DNA of 64,000 nt from Nitrospirota bacterium (lineage in GTDB: Bacteria; Nitrospirota; UBA9217), in NCBI GenBank assembly GCA_963737155.1, contig CAVTRN010000002.1, positions 768,001 through 832,000 of the forward strand. The letters run 5' to 3'. Position numbers and translations under genes: made by a program. The stretch's first letter is position 1. Each line of letters begins with the position of its first letter. Under the pieces are notes generated by a model. The model did not search any database. It was not told the DNA's origin and saw only the letters and a program-made list of their open reading frames with translations. This document shows, in pieces, positions 21,080 to 33,200 of the stretch.

Positions 21080-21238
21080 GTGGGGAAAGCGAATTTCAGT
21101 TTTCAAAAGCGTCAGAAGGAGATCGCGAAGCAAAAAAAGAACGAGGAAAAAAAGCAGCGCAAGCTCGATAAAAATGCAGCAAAGCCTGCTGAGGTTAAGG
21201 AGACGAGTGGTGGTCGGGATGGAGAGACAGGTGAGTGA
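21080..21238 (+). CDS. Small Lys-rich hypothetical protein
   Basis: SD GAGGAGG; MGKANFSFQKRQKEIAKQKK. Confidence 0.6.
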   Translation: MGKANFSFQKRQKEIAKQKKNEEKKQRKLDKNAAKPAEVKETSGGRDGETGE

Positions 21239-21489
21239 TTTGCCGGGTATCGCTTTGCAGTCCTGACCCACGAATCTGCATAATACATTTCAACCGTTAA
21301 TGTCTTTATACCTCCGAAAGCGCCGTGATCCAGATTTGCATAAGTGCCAAGATGGATGGATGCCTATTTGTAACTCAAGGGAAAGAGTCCAGTAGACAGG
21401 GGGAGGGCTTGGATTTGCAGTTATGGACTGGTCGTATAAAGACGGGACAAAGCTAAAGTGTAGACCCTCTCAGACTTCGAAAGGCCAAA

Positions 21490-21520
21490 TAAAAACCCGC
21501 CGCTATGACGCGGCGGGGTA
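21490..21520 (-). terminator. Intrinsic terminator after the Spy/CpxP gene
   Basis: CCCGCCGC/GCGGCGGG stem plus U tract on the minus strand. Confidence 0.6.
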
Positions 21521-21571
21521 ATGGCACTCAGTCAGGAACTTTCCTTCTCTTCGCGCGGTATTCACGGCATC

Positions 21572-22174
21572 TTAGTCCATTTTGTTATCGTGCATGGGCA
21601 TGGCCTTGTGCTCTTCATTGCCGCCCTTCATGCCGCAACCTCCGCGGTGACCCGTTTCCATCATCTCTTTTAGCCTCTTCCACTGATCGGGCGTCAGTAC
21701 GGACTTCATCTCTTCACGCGCCTTGATATGAGCAATAAACATCTCTGCTCTGAGAGACTCTTTCTTTTTCACTAGAGTCTCCACTGCCTTCATATCCACC
21801 GGGTTCTTGTCGAGGAGGTCTTTAATCTCGAGGTCGGCGATTTGTTCGTCCGCTTTCTTTCTTATCATGTCTTTCATTGTCTTGCTGCGAAGCGCCTCGA
21901 GCGCATCTTTCTGTTGAGCATCGAGACCGAGATCCATGAGGTTTTTCCACATGGCATGGTGATCATCCCTCATCATTTCGCCGCCCTTCATGCCGTCCAT
22001 GCCGGGCATCATGCCCATGCCTTGGTGTCCCATTCCACCCATCATGCCGCCTTCTTGCATGCTTTCCCCTTTTTCGCCCATACAGCCGCACATCTGTGCC
22101 TGCGCAGTCGAGACCAGCGCCGCAATTGTAATAGAGATAAACACGAATAATATACTGACTAAGTTTTTTCTCAT
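21572..22174 (-). CDS. Spy/CpxP-family periplasmic protein, Met-rich
   Basis: Signal peptide; LGLDAQQ and LTPDQ motifs; MMGG-rich N-terminus. Confidence 0.8.
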   Translation of the reverse strand: MRKNLVSILFVFISITIAALVSTAQAQMCGCMGEKGESMQEGGMMGGMGHQGMGMMPGMDGMKGGEMMRDDHHAMWKNLMDLGLDAQQKDALEALRSKTMKDMIRKKADEQIADLEIKDLLDKNPVDMKAVETLVKKKESLRAEMFIAHIKAREEMKSVLTPDQWKRLKEMMETGHRGGCGMKGGNEEHKAMPMHDNKMD

Positions 22175-22759
22175 TCTCAGACCTCCCTTTCGAATTATAC
22201 ACACATATCGCTAATGGTAGCAGAGTGCGGAAGCAAATACAAGCCTTCGGACATTTAAAAATATTGGATTCTCTCCAAATATTGTAATGCATGCTGGTGC
22301 CTGTCTCAGTTCACGGGATCCAGGTGGTATTTGAACCGCAGGAAGGACCAGGGTCATGTGATTATTTAGTTTTTTATCTGCGCTGGACATCTAGAATGCG
22401 ATGACTGCGCGTCGGGCATGCCGCTATTGATGCTGATGAACCAACAATTTTAAGTATTCCCCGAGTTCTTCTATTCTTTACGCTATCAAATAATTATGAT
22501 AATCATATCGACATAGTTCTAGTCATGCCGGTCGGCCAATCAATAATTGATTATATCTTCTGCTTCCTTAATAAGCCCCTCCGCTACGACAAAAATAACC
22601 ACTTCTGATTTTATTTTGCAATTCAGATATGATACTTAAGTGGGGACAATAACACGCAACTATCAGTGCCAATGCACGGCAAACTACCTTTCCAATTTTA
22701 TGTAGTATACTAAAAATAGATTGACGGATTTGATAAAACATCTCATCGGGAGGCCATCA

Positions 22760-24220
<1,461 letters not shown>

Positions 24221-24375
24221 GAAATGAGGCTCTCGTCCTTTCTTCCTCTTGAAGATGGACAGGGAGCCCCTGATCGGGCTTGTAAAGAGAGAATGATCCC
24301 CCGACGAATGAGGGATCGGGTTTCGGAGCTAGAAGGCGGCACTAGTCGGGCCGGTCTCAAAGAATATGGTTGCTT

Positions 24376-24882
24376 ATGAAGATGATGGTTTTGCTGTTTG
24401 GCTTTACCATGTTTCTTCAAGGGTGCGTCTATCCGATTTCGAAGGATCTTGTCGAAAAAACGGACAAGACCATCACCTTTGAAATGCTGCAGGCAAACCC
24501 CGATCTGTATAAGGGGAAGTTCGTCATTCTTGGTGGGAGTATCGCCGCGGTCAGCGGCTTGGCGGAGGGTTCGCTGATCGACGTTTATCAGGCCCCCCTT
24601 GATTACTGGGGCAGGCCCCTCCGCATAAATGGAGCAAGAGGCCGGTTTCTGATATATACGCCCGTGTATCTCGACCCTGATATCTATGCGCCTGGCAGTG
24701 AGATCACGGTGGCTGGTGAAATCGAAGGTACCGCACTGAAACAGCAGGGACATACGGAACCCACTAAATACAACCATCCCGTGCTTGTTTCAAAGGAGCT
24801 CAAGCTTTGGCCGAGAACTCCGGGTCCGGAGGTGCCTAATTGGTTCGATCCGCTTTCCCCGATGTTTTATCCAGAGCAATAA
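24376..24882 (+). CDS. Slp-family outer-membrane lipoprotein
   Basis: LQGC lipobox; LGGSI, GRFL, YLDP..Y and ITVAG motifs. Confidence 0.85.
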   Translation: MKMMVLLFGFTMFLQGCVYPISKDLVEKTDKTITFEMLQANPDLYKGKFVILGGSIAAVSGLAEGSLIDVYQAPLDYWGRPLRINGARGRFLIYTPVYLDPDIYAPGSEITVAGEIEGTALKQQGHTEPTKYNHPVLVSKELKLWPRTPGPEVPNWFDPLSPMFYPEQ

Positions 24883-25011
24883 CAGAATTATTTGCAAGAG
24901 CGTTATTATTAAAGTCAGGCTCATCGCTTTCGCGAATACCACACGGCATCATGGCGATTCTGTACTCCATAACGACGGTTGAGCCTGCTCCTCCATAGTA
25001 GAGATAATCCA

Positions 25012-25848
25012 ATGAACACTTTAGTTTTTACTATACTTATTTGGCTCGGTTCGATAGTTGCGGGTTTTTTGGGATCATTGACAGGGCTTGGCGGAGGGGT
25101 CGTTATTGTCCCACTTCTCACTTTGGCCTTTGGAGTGGATATCCGGTATGCGGTCGGCGCCTCCCTCATCTCGGTGATTGCAACATCCTCGGGGGCTGCG
25201 TCAGCCTACGTCAAGGAAGGTTTCACCAATATTCGGATTGGGATGTTCTTAGAGGTAGCAACAACCTTGGGCGCGGTGGCGGGAGCTTTTTGGGCTGCAC
25301 GCTTGCCGACCTCGACTATTGCGATTATCTTCGGGGTTATTCTGCTCTATTCGTCATATTTGTCAAGTCGACGGTGGAAGAGACGACAAGAAGACGATAG
25401 GCCCGAACCGCTGGCAACAAGTCTGAAGATGGATGGAAGTTATCCAACCCCGCAGGGAATTGAACACTACCATGCGCACTCCGTACCCTCCGGCTTCGGA
25501 TTAATGTTTCTGGCAGGCTCGATTTCCGGGTTGCTCGGGATCGGATCAGGGGCGATGAAGGTCCTGGCGATGGACCAAGTGATGCGCATCCCCTTCAAGG
25601 TTTCGACAACTACGAGTAATTTCATGATCGGCGTTACCGCTGCCGCCAGTGCAGGAGTGTATCTTAATCGAGGCTATATAGATCCAGGGCTTGCAATGCC
25701 CGTCGTACTCGGCGTGCTGATCGGTTCTCTCATAGGGACACGTCAACTTGTCATAGCAAAAACACATCGTCTGCGTATCATTTTCAGCTCTATTGTTTTG
25801 CTCCTTGCGATCGAGATGATCTATAACGGTCTGACAAAAAGGATCTAG
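25012..25848 (+). CDS. TauE/SafE (TSUP) family transporter
   Basis: GSLTGLGGG and SGLLGIGSG repeats; multiple TM segments. Confidence 0.9.
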   Translation: MNTLVFTILIWLGSIVAGFLGSLTGLGGGVVIVPLLTLAFGVDIRYAVGASLISVIATSSGAASAYVKEGFTNIRIGMFLEVATTLGAVAGAFWAARLPTSTIAIIFGVILLYSSYLSSRRWKRRQEDDRPEPLATSLKMDGSYPTPQGIEHYHAHSVPSGFGLMFLAGSISGLLGIGSGAMKVLAMDQVMRIPFKVSTTTSNFMIGVTAAASAGVYLNRGYIDPGLAMPVVLGVLIGSLIGTRQLVIAKTHRLRIIFSSIVLLLAIEMIYNGLTKRI

Positions 25849-25849
25849 A

Positions 25850-26239
25850 ATGTCAAAAGCTAAAAGCACGTGGACAAATCAGCAGGTCGAAACGATTATC
25901 AGCAATCTCTTGAGAGGAGGGGTTATTCTTGCCGCTGTGGTAGTTTTCACCGGGGGGGTATTCTTTCTGTTTCATTATGGATCTGCTAATCCTGACTACC
26001 GGATTTTTCGAGGGGAGTCCACCGACCTGCGTACGATACATGGGATCCTGGCAGATGCTTTGTCATTTCGCAGTCGCGGAATAATCCAACTGGGACTCCT
26101 GCTGCTGATCGCAACCCCCGTCTCACGGGTTGCCTTCTCGCTGTTTGCTTTTCTCCGGCAGGGGGACCGCACCTACGTTGTCGTGACACTCCTTGTTCTC
26201 GTAATACTGCTCTCCAGTCTTTTAAGGGGGCACTTCTGA
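25850..26239 (+). CDS. DUF1634 membrane protein
   Basis: LLRGGV and GLLLLIATPVSRV motifs; usual partner of TSUP genes. Confidence 0.85.
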   Translation: MSKAKSTWTNQQVETIISNLLRGGVILAAVVVFTGGVFFLFHYGSANPDYRIFRGESTDLRTIHGILADALSFRSRGIIQLGLLLLIATPVSRVAFSLFAFLRQGDRTYVVVTLLVLVILLSSLLRGHF

Positions 26240-26454
26240 TGATTCAGAAATTACGATAGTCCTTCCCGCCCACGACTGCTCTTTCATCAGCACGTCAAAG
26301 CATAACCTAGCTCCCCGTGCACGTACATTATGAGACCAACCTTACTCTTTCAGAATCACCGCGTCGCATACGTCCGCGCTCTGGAGCTGGAAACGCGAAA
26401 TTGCTTTACGTCTCCATTCCCTGTCTACAATCTATACCTCCGATATTCTCATTG

Positions 26455-26634
26455 CTATCCGCACTGACATTCACACTCCTTGCCTGGGTTAGAACCAGAC
26501 GAATGCTCTTCAGAAATGTCTTGCGTATACCAGGACACAAGTCGCTCTATGCCTCCCGCAATCACAACAACGAAAGCAATTATAACTGGCCATGGCCAGC
26601 CCATTACCCATTCCAGAATCTCTGCAGATTTCAT
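26455..26634 (-). CDS. Small single-TM hypothetical protein (59 aa) with CxCxC tail
   Basis: MKSAEILEWVMGWPWPVIIAFVVVIAGG...KECECQCG; AAGGAAG upstream. Confidence 0.35.
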   Translation of the reverse strand: MKSAEILEWVMGWPWPVIIAFVVVIAGGIERLVSWYTQDISEEHSSGSNPGKECECQCG

Positions 26635-27040
26635 GATGGATCACTTCCTTTTTTTTATTACGCTAATATAATTATAGCGAATCCGAACCAATAGTGCCAT
26701 TCATGCCAGGTAAGATGTCGGACATACTTAAGTTCTATCTAAAGGAAGTAAGCAAGGGATAACCTCATATAACACAGACATTTTTCTGGACGATTGATGT
26801 AAAGCATTTTGTGTTAATGACTGGTTGGCTTTATCCTGCGGGCATCTGTCCTTCGGACAAGATTGCTAACCGGCTAAGTGCCGATTTCCAGTTGCGGAGC
26901 AGCATTTCCGTTTCATTAGATATGTTTTCCGTGGCCAAGTATAGAAGTTTAGTCATGGCTTCGTAATCTTAGGAAAGACCTTGAATTTATCCATTCTCTT
27001 CAACGACTGGTTGCGGCCCTCTTCTTCGCTAGCTACTTCG

Positions 27041-27784
27041 CTATTTGAATATCTCCTCAAAAAAATCCTTCATAGCTTGCCATGACCGCTTATCCGCTAT
27101 TTCATTATAGGCAGCTCCTTTGGCATTATCGCTTCCGTTCTCAGGATTGGTGAAACCATGCACTGCGTGACCGTAGCTGACCATATACCAGTCAACGCTA
27201 GCCTTGTTCATCTCGTCTTCAAAGGCGACCACGTGCTCAGGTTTTACTGTGGGGTCATCGGCACCGGCGAGCACGGCTACTTTAGCTTTGATATTCTTTG
27301 CATCATTGGGGTTCGGCGTCGCCAGCCCGCCATGGAAACTAACGACCCCTGCGATGTTTGCACCGCTTCTGGCAAGCTCCAGCACCGTCGTGCCGCCAAA
27401 ACAATACCCGATGGCGGCAATGCGTTTCGGATCAACCAAGGGATTCTTTTTTAACACGTCAAGCCCTGCGTTTGCGCGTGCTCGGAGCAAGTTTCTGTCA
27501 TTCCCGCTGCGGTAACTCCCTGCCAGTGCCATGGCCTCCTGCGGCGTTTTCGCTCGATTGCCCTTGCCATAGATATCGGCCGCAAGTACAATGTAGCCAA
27601 GCTGCGCTATCTGTTCAGTCCGCCTTTTAATATAATCGTTTATTCCCCACCACTCATGGATCACGAGAACGCCGGGACGGATGTCTTTGATAGTATTGTC
27701 GTAGGCTAGATATCCTTCGAGAGCAACATCTCCCTGCTTATACTCAATAAGTTCCGTGCGGACAGAGGAGTAGACATTTTGCAT
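27041..27784 (-). CDS. Dienelactone hydrolase family protein
   Basis: HEWWG, GYCFGG, SFHG and HGFTNP motifs. Confidence 0.92.
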   Translation of the reverse strand: MQNVYSSVRTELIEYKQGDVALEGYLAYDNTIKDIRPGVLVIHEWWGINDYIKRRTEQIAQLGYIVLAADIYGKGNRAKTPQEAMALAGSYRSGNDRNLLRARANAGLDVLKKNPLVDPKRIAAIGYCFGGTTVLELARSGANIAGVVSFHGGLATPNPNDAKNIKAKVAVLAGADDPTVKPEHVVAFEDEMNKASVDWYMVSYGHAVHGFTNPENGSDNAKGAAYNEIADKRSWQAMKDFFEEIFK

Positions 27785-28022
27785 AGTGATCTTCCTGGAC
27801 GATTTAATTTTTAGTTCCTAATGAATATTACTTCCAAATACAATGCTTAACGTTACATTGATGTAAGCAAAAGCGGCAAGAGTACAAGAAAGCTCCACTC
27901 GTTTGTCTGGGAAACTTTGCCCGCTCGGGGTAAAACAAATCCGATTAGCAGATTGAATAAAGCCCGCAAAAAATTTACGGTAAGTTATGACAACCGTTCC
28001 CTCTTCTTAAAACAGAAGCGGG

Positions 28023-28496
28023 CTATTTTTCGTTCACCTGCGTTGTCAGGAAAATAGGCAGCGTCATATGGGAAATCTGGTCCTGGAGTTCCTCGATATC
28101 GTCGATATGCTGATCCTCGTCAGTCAGGATGTGTTCGAGCACTTCGCGTGTAGCGAAATCATTTACCTCTCCCGCTATTTTTATTCCTGAATTATACGCA
28201 GCGATAGCGCCCTCTTCAGCCGTATGATCATTGGCGAGCTGCTTGGAAATGTCGCTCCCAATACGGATCTCTTTTAGGTTAGACACGACGGGAAGTCCCT
28301 CGAGAAAGAGGATTCTTCCGATAAGTTTCTCAGCATGCTTCATCTCGGCTATCGCACGCCTTTCAAGATGTTTGTGCAGTTTATCGTAGCCCCAATTTGC
28401 GCACATTTCGGAATGCACCATGTATTGGTTTATTGCGGTCAGTTCGTCGGCAAGCAGCGAATTCAAGGTCTCGACAAGTTTCGGATTTCCTTTCAT
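28023..28496 (-). CDS. bfr: Bacterioferritin
   Basis: MKGN, ELTAINQY, EMKHAEKLI and EDQH motifs; SD AGGAGG. Confidence 0.92.
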   Translation of the reverse strand: MKGNPKLVETLNSLLADELTAINQYMVHSEMCANWGYDKLHKHLERRAIAEMKHAEKLIGRILFLEGLPVVSNLKEIRIGSDISKQLANDHTAEEGAIAAYNSGIKIAGEVNDFATREVLEHILTDEDQHIDDIEELQDQISHMTLPIFLTTQVNEK

Positions 28497-29237
28497 CTGT
28501 ATGTCCTCCTTAGGAATAATATGTTGATGCAATTTACTCAACAGGCTCGATTGTTTTATTTTGTTTCCTAATCAAGTTTCAATATCGCATACAAGCCACG
28601 GCTACGCGCGGATAAAGGGGGTCCCGATTCCCCTAATAGCTCATCTTTCTGACAGCTTTGAAGACATTGCCCTCTACTTTGCGATATTTGTCGAACTGTG
28701 ATCCGAACGTCAGGAGAATGGCCTCAAATGTGACCGCAGCCTCAGCCATGTATGTATTCAAAAAGGTCTTTGCCGAAGAAAAAGACGCCCTGGCATCTGC
28801 AGCTGCCATATTATTTGCTGTTCTCAGAGTCACTCATCCCTGCAAACCGCGACGTATTCTGTCACGGTTCCATCAAATTATATCATGCATTACGATGTTT
28901 ATGTAAATCCAAGTATTAATTTGTGCTGGGTACTATTAGAAGATTTGCAATAAACAATGACGTACTGTTTCACGTTAAGACAAAAATACAGTGAACAAGA
29001 GGGAATAGCGGTCTGTTTTGTTCGAATATGATTTACGCAGACTTTGCGCACAAAAATTCTGCTTGCGTTTCTCAATATCACGAAGACTACACCCTGAGGG
29101 CTTCCAAAAAGCGAGAAGAATAGGGGGCAGCGTCGAGCATTGTGGAAGTTGCTTCGTAATCATAACAGAAAGCATGTCGCAACGACAAGCCCCTCGATCT
29201 GTTTGGCGTAATTTGTGAGTTGGTGATAAAAATGAGG

Positions 29238-29651
29238 CTAGCTCGCACCGAGCGCCTTCGCTGCCTTGTTCACGTCCTTCGTCCCGACCCAGAGTATGGC
29301 AGCATAGTGGCCCGTACCAGACGACACGGCATCAATGGCCGTCACGTTAATTTTTTTCTCCGCCATCGTCTTGAGTAAGTCTGCTACGGCGCCCTTCCGG
29401 TCATCGCCTTGGACCAGGAACCCGAATTTCTGGGGACGTGCCTTAATTTTCGCCACCTTGACAGCATTCTTAAACGCTGCCACATCCTCTGGGATAAAGT
29501 CGAGTTGCGCCTTCCGGCCGCTTGGGAAACCCGAGAATGCTAATAGGTTCACGCCCGCATCTGCCAAAAGCCCCAGCACACGCGCCCCCTCGCCCGGCTT
29601 GTTCGGTACTTCCATCGCAAAATATGATACCTTTCTGATAATATCCACCAT
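29238..29651 (-). CDS. Tandem ACT-domain protein
   Basis: VPNKPGEGARVL and GDDRKGAVADLL; SD GGAGG. Confidence 0.75.
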   Translation of the reverse strand: MVDIIRKVSYFAMEVPNKPGEGARVLGLLADAGVNLLAFSGFPSGRKAQLDFIPEDVAAFKNAVKVAKIKARPQKFGFLVQGDDRKGAVADLLKTMAEKKINVTAIDAVSSGTGHYAAILWVGTKDVNKAAKALGAS

Positions 29652-29977
29652 ATCTAGCACCTCCTTTTAAAAATATTATAGCAGCTTTAATCCTGTTTAT
29701 TATGCTCTTTTTCATCTTGGATCGAACTTTTTTACTATTCATTATAAACAATTATCTTATCACTCAGCGATAGAGTGAGCTTCCCTTGTATTTGTAGTTG
29801 GATAAAATATGATAAATAATGCTTTCTCTTTTGCATAGAATTCGCCCCTTTCCATCATCATTCGACGTCGAGACTATCGGTTTTTTGGTCTACTGCCACA
29901 TCCCGTTTTTCGGCAAAAGAAACGGCTTGCGAAGGCCGGCTTATTATCGGCCTATTAATGGCCCTCTAATACGAAAA

Positions 29978-30005
29978 AGGGGTTACAGCCAATGCTGTAA
30001 CCCCT
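29978..30005 (-). terminator. Hairpin beside the tRNA remnant
   Basis: Perfect 12-bp stem AGGGGTTACAGC-caat-GCTGTAACCCCT, U tract on the minus strand. Confidence 0.6.
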
Positions 30006-30013
30006 GATAAATT

Positions 30014-30059
30014 TGATAGCGAGGAGCGGTTTGAACCGACCGCCTTCGGTTATGTGCTC
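30014..30059 (-). pseudogene. Degenerate 3' half of tRNA-Met(CAT), att-site-like remnant
   Basis: Minus strand reads GAGCACATAACCGAAGGCGGTCGGTTCAAACCGCTCCTCGCTATCA: anticodon loop, T-loop and acceptor 3' end resemble initiator tRNA; 5' half absent. Confidence 0.6.
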
Positions 30060-30210
30060 TGGTCAAGCAATTAACTTAACCTTTTTGAAAACATGTTAAC
30101 ACGTAAATACAATATTACTCAGGGGGCCATGCAAAGTAAGAAATACATTGCGAATCTCCTAACATGCAAAAACGCTTAGAGACACCAGGCTCCCAGTGAA
30201 TACATAATGT

Positions 30211-30786
30211 TTATTCAGCCTGATTCATATGATCCTTATGCATACCATGATGATCTTGATGTGATTTTTGCATTAGTTCAATTAGTTTAGTCCGCTGTTC
30301 CGGTGTTAACTGCGATTTAATTTCTTCGCGCGCTTTAATCGCACCGAGTATCATGTTAGTTTTCAAGCCTTCCATCTTTTTTACTTGCGATTCGACAGCG
30401 CCCATGTCAACTTTGTCCTTGTGGAGCTGCTCGCTAAGCTCAATCCTTGCGATCTTGATGTCGGCTCGTTTCCGGATCATATCCTTCACCATGGTGCTCC
30501 GGATCTTCCGTATGGCAGCTTTTTGCTCGGCGGTAAGATCAAGCTGCTTAAAGGCTTTCAATAGACGATGGCGCCTGCCGTGGTGCGTCCACGCTCTTCC
30601 TTCTTCAGTCCGGTGGAACTGCGTTGGCTGGTTGCAGTGGGCCATGGGTGGGCCACCATACTCGTGACCTTCATCGGCATACGCCTTATTCGCAAGTGTA
30701 CTCTGTGTCGCAATCAATAAACCCAAAGAGAATATGCCCCCAACTAAAAAATATCCGTACTTCCGTACGTCATGCATCCCAATCAT
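30211..30786 (-). CDS. Spy/CpxP-family periplasmic protein, His-rich
   Basis: Signal peptide; LDLTAEQ and LTPEQ motifs; paralog of 21572-22174. Confidence 0.82.
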   Translation of the reverse strand: MIGMHDVRKYGYFLVGGIFSLGLLIATQSTLANKAYADEGHEYGGPPMAHCNQPTQFHRTEEGRAWTHHGRRHRLLKAFKQLDLTAEQKAAIRKIRSTMVKDMIRKRADIKIARIELSEQLHKDKVDMGAVESQVKKMEGLKTNMILGAIKAREEIKSQLTPEQRTKLIELMQKSHQDHHGMHKDHMNQAE

Positions 30787-30876
30787 TGTTTTTTCCTCCC
30801 TTTCAATACACGATGATGAAGTGTCCCCATTATTCCCATAAACTCGTTTATTGCGCATTTTGTAATCAACTATTTA

Positions 30877-30905
30877 TTAAGACACGGATTATGGGAAAAG
30901 GTTTA
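30877..30905 (-). promoter_or_regulatory. ECF-sigma-type promoter, copy A
   Basis: TAAACCTTTT-N11-TGTCTTAA. Confidence 0.55.
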
Positions 30906-30995
30906 AATCAAGCATTAAGTGTACTAGTGTACTAGTTCGATGTAAAACGGGGATGTATTGATTTGTCGGTCTAAAGCTTTATTTATCAAACCTGT

Positions 30996-31024
30996 TAAAC
31001 CTTTTATTGTCAGCGCTGTCTAAA
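30996..31024 (+). promoter_or_regulatory. ECF-sigma-type promoter, copy B
   Basis: TAAACCTTTT-N11-TGTCTAAA. Confidence 0.55.
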
Positions 31025-31089
31025 TTAATATATAATTAAAATTATAAGGGGACAGTCTATATAAAATAATAGAAAAGGAGGAATTGAGC

Positions 31090-31446
31090 ATGAAAAGGGT
31101 AATTTATCTCTTTGTTGCTGTTATGGTACTCCTCCTTGCAGGCGTCTTGCCCGTATCTGCACGTGGAGGAGTTTATGTGAGGGGTGGAATCTGGATCGGA
31201 CCGTGGTGGCCGTGGTATCCAGCATATCCTTATTATTATTCGGAGCCTTATTATTCGCAGCCGCCCGTTGTCATACAGCAACAGGCCCCCGTATATGAAC
31301 AACAGGCGCCCCAGTTAGAGGATCAGCAATATTACTGGTATTACTGTAAGGAATCGAAGACCTATTACCCATATGTCAAACAATGTCCCAGCGGCTGGAT
31401 TAAGGTTGTTCCAACCCCAAGTCCTCCGCCGAAGGGAAAGGAGTAA
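31090..31446 (+). CDS. Secreted Pro/Tyr-rich hypothetical protein
   Basis: SD AGGAGG; signal peptide; YWYYC...YYPYVKQCPSGW. Confidence 0.8.
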   Translation: MKRVIYLFVAVMVLLLAGVLPVSARGGVYVRGGIWIGPWWPWYPAYPYYYSEPYYSQPPVVIQQQAPVYEQQAPQLEDQQYYWYYCKESKTYYPYVKQCPSGWIKVVPTPSPPPKGKE

Positions 31447-31452
31447 AGGCTC

Positions 31453-32022
31453 ATGATGAAATTTAAACAAGGCATATTGATATCTTTTGCTCTTCTAGTG
31501 GTAGGCGGATGTGCGACCATTCCGGCCGGTCCTAGCGTCATGGTCATGCCGCCTCCGGGCAAGCCATTTGATGTGTTCCGGGCGGAAGACAGTATTTGCA
31601 GGCAATGGGCACGACAGCAAATCGGGCTTAATCCTCAAGAGACGGCCAATCAAAACACAGCTGCAGGGGCCGTGGTTGGAACCGTCGTAGGAGCAGGTCT
31701 CGGAGCGGCTATTGGGGCAGCATCAGGTAATGCAGGCGCCGGTGCAGCGATAGGCGGTGCAAGCGGGCTTCTCGTCGGAACAGCCGAAGGTGCCAATGCG
31801 GGACAGGTTTATGGATGGGAGGCTCAGCGTCGGTATGATATTGCATATCAGCAGTGCATGTACGCCAACGGGAATATAATTCCAGGAGAGAGACGATATT
31901 ATGGTGTTCAGAGGACTCCTCCTCCTCCTCCTCCCCCATCGGGGATGAATTCTGTACCGCCTGATGTTTCACAGCCTCATCTCGCACCACCACCACCACC
32001 ACCACCTCCTCCCCCGCAGTAG
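31453..32022 (+). CDS. Glycine-zipper lipoprotein with poly-Pro tail
   Basis: GGC lipobox; GAxxGA repeats; YDIAYQQCMYANGN. Confidence 0.85.
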   Translation: MMKFKQGILISFALLVVGGCATIPAGPSVMVMPPPGKPFDVFRAEDSICRQWARQQIGLNPQETANQNTAAGAVVGTVVGAGLGAAIGAASGNAGAGAAIGGASGLLVGTAEGANAGQVYGWEAQRRYDIAYQQCMYANGNIIPGERRYYGVQRTPPPPPPPSGMNSVPPDVSQPHLAPPPPPPPPPPQ

Positions 32023-32776
32023 TAGTAGGGGACGAGAGTCGGACAGGAAAAGAGAGTTGAGGGTGTCCGTCCTTCTTCAAAGTGATAAACGAGGGGAAGG
32101 AGCGGAGTGGTTTCATATTACACGTTACGTCAGGAGAAGAATATTTCTACAGGCGAGAAACGAATGTTTCTCGCCGAATATTTTGTTCGCCGAATACTTA
32201 CCTGTTTGGTCAAAACATTTAAACGCCTGGTTGCCCCTTATTTTTTTCGGCATAGTTCACGCTTTTGCTTTTATCTCAAAATCGTCAATGTTTAACAAAT
32301 AATTTCCCTGCCAGCTTTTTTTACATCTTTTCGAATATTCCAGAAACCAATCGCTCCGCACTTAAATAAACATTATCATTGGCCGTCAAGATTGTTTGCA
32401 ATTGGAGTGGGCATCAACGTGTCAAAAGGAGGGGGTTACGGGTTGAAATCTGTCACATGCGATAGATCTATTGTGCCCGTAATAAACTACCGCCTCTGTT
32501 ATTGAGCACAATGGTTGTTGCCAGTTTGCTTATCCTGTATGCGCAGACAAGGCTAGAAGTGCTCATTGCGGTAACTATTGTGCCAGACTCTGATGTCGCC
32601 GTAAAATATATTGCACTGCATGTGTCGCCTCTTTCTGCATCCGGTATACGAAGTAAACAGATTTTCGTTCGGTAAAAGTCCGATTCGTTTGCATGATTAA
32701 CAATGCTATTAACCTATTTCTCATCTCTGCAAAAACTCGTGCCGTCATGTTTTCCGCAAATTCAACCAGTTATATT

Positions 32777-32793
32777 TTGGCACGCGAACTGCA
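32777..32793 (+). promoter_or_regulatory. Sigma54 -24/-12 promoter
   Basis: TTGGCACGCGAACTGCA with exact GG-N10-GC spacing, 40 nt before ATG 32833. Confidence 0.7.
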
Positions 32794-32832
32794 ATATACA
32801 TGGCAAGACTGAACGAAAAGGGGGACAATAAA

Positions 32833-33147
32833 ATGAATACCACACTTTCAAGAAAAACAGCTTACATTGGGGTAGGAGCGGGTATGGTGCTCTTCGCAAT
32901 CTTCGGTCTTCTTCCCGGCAGCCTCCTGGGAGGCGCCGCAGGAATAAAATTAGCAGGAATGGTATTCGGGCTTCCGCTGGACCCGGGAATCATATCACGC
33001 GCGATTGTGCTCGCATCCATGTTGGCGGGCGTTATGGTATCCGGAATCACGATCGTAACAGCCACGGCCACTACGGGATGGTTGGTCGGCAGAGTCCTTG
33101 AGGGCGGGCAGGCATCAGAAAAGACAGCAAGGATTGGCATCAAATAA
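32833..33147 (+). CDS. Small Gly-rich membrane protein
   Basis: Hydrophobic GxxxG helices (FGLLPGSLLGG). Confidence 0.7.
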   Translation: MNTTLSRKTAYIGVGAGMVLFAIFGLLPGSLLGGAAGIKLAGMVFGLPLDPGIISRAIVLASMLAGVMVSGITIVTATATTGWLVGRVLEGGQASEKTARIGIK

Positions 33148-33200
33148 CGACAGGGCTCAAAAATTGTGATACAAAAAGTCAAATAAACGGAGAACTAATC

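Noticed and set aside
28633-29218. Overlapping 60-80 aa ORFs between bfr and the ACT gene
   Set aside because: No family resemblance or start signals
31915-32020. CCT/CCA trinucleotide runs (also GGC runs at 20625-20695)
   Set aside because: Explained by poly-Pro and poly-Gly coding tails
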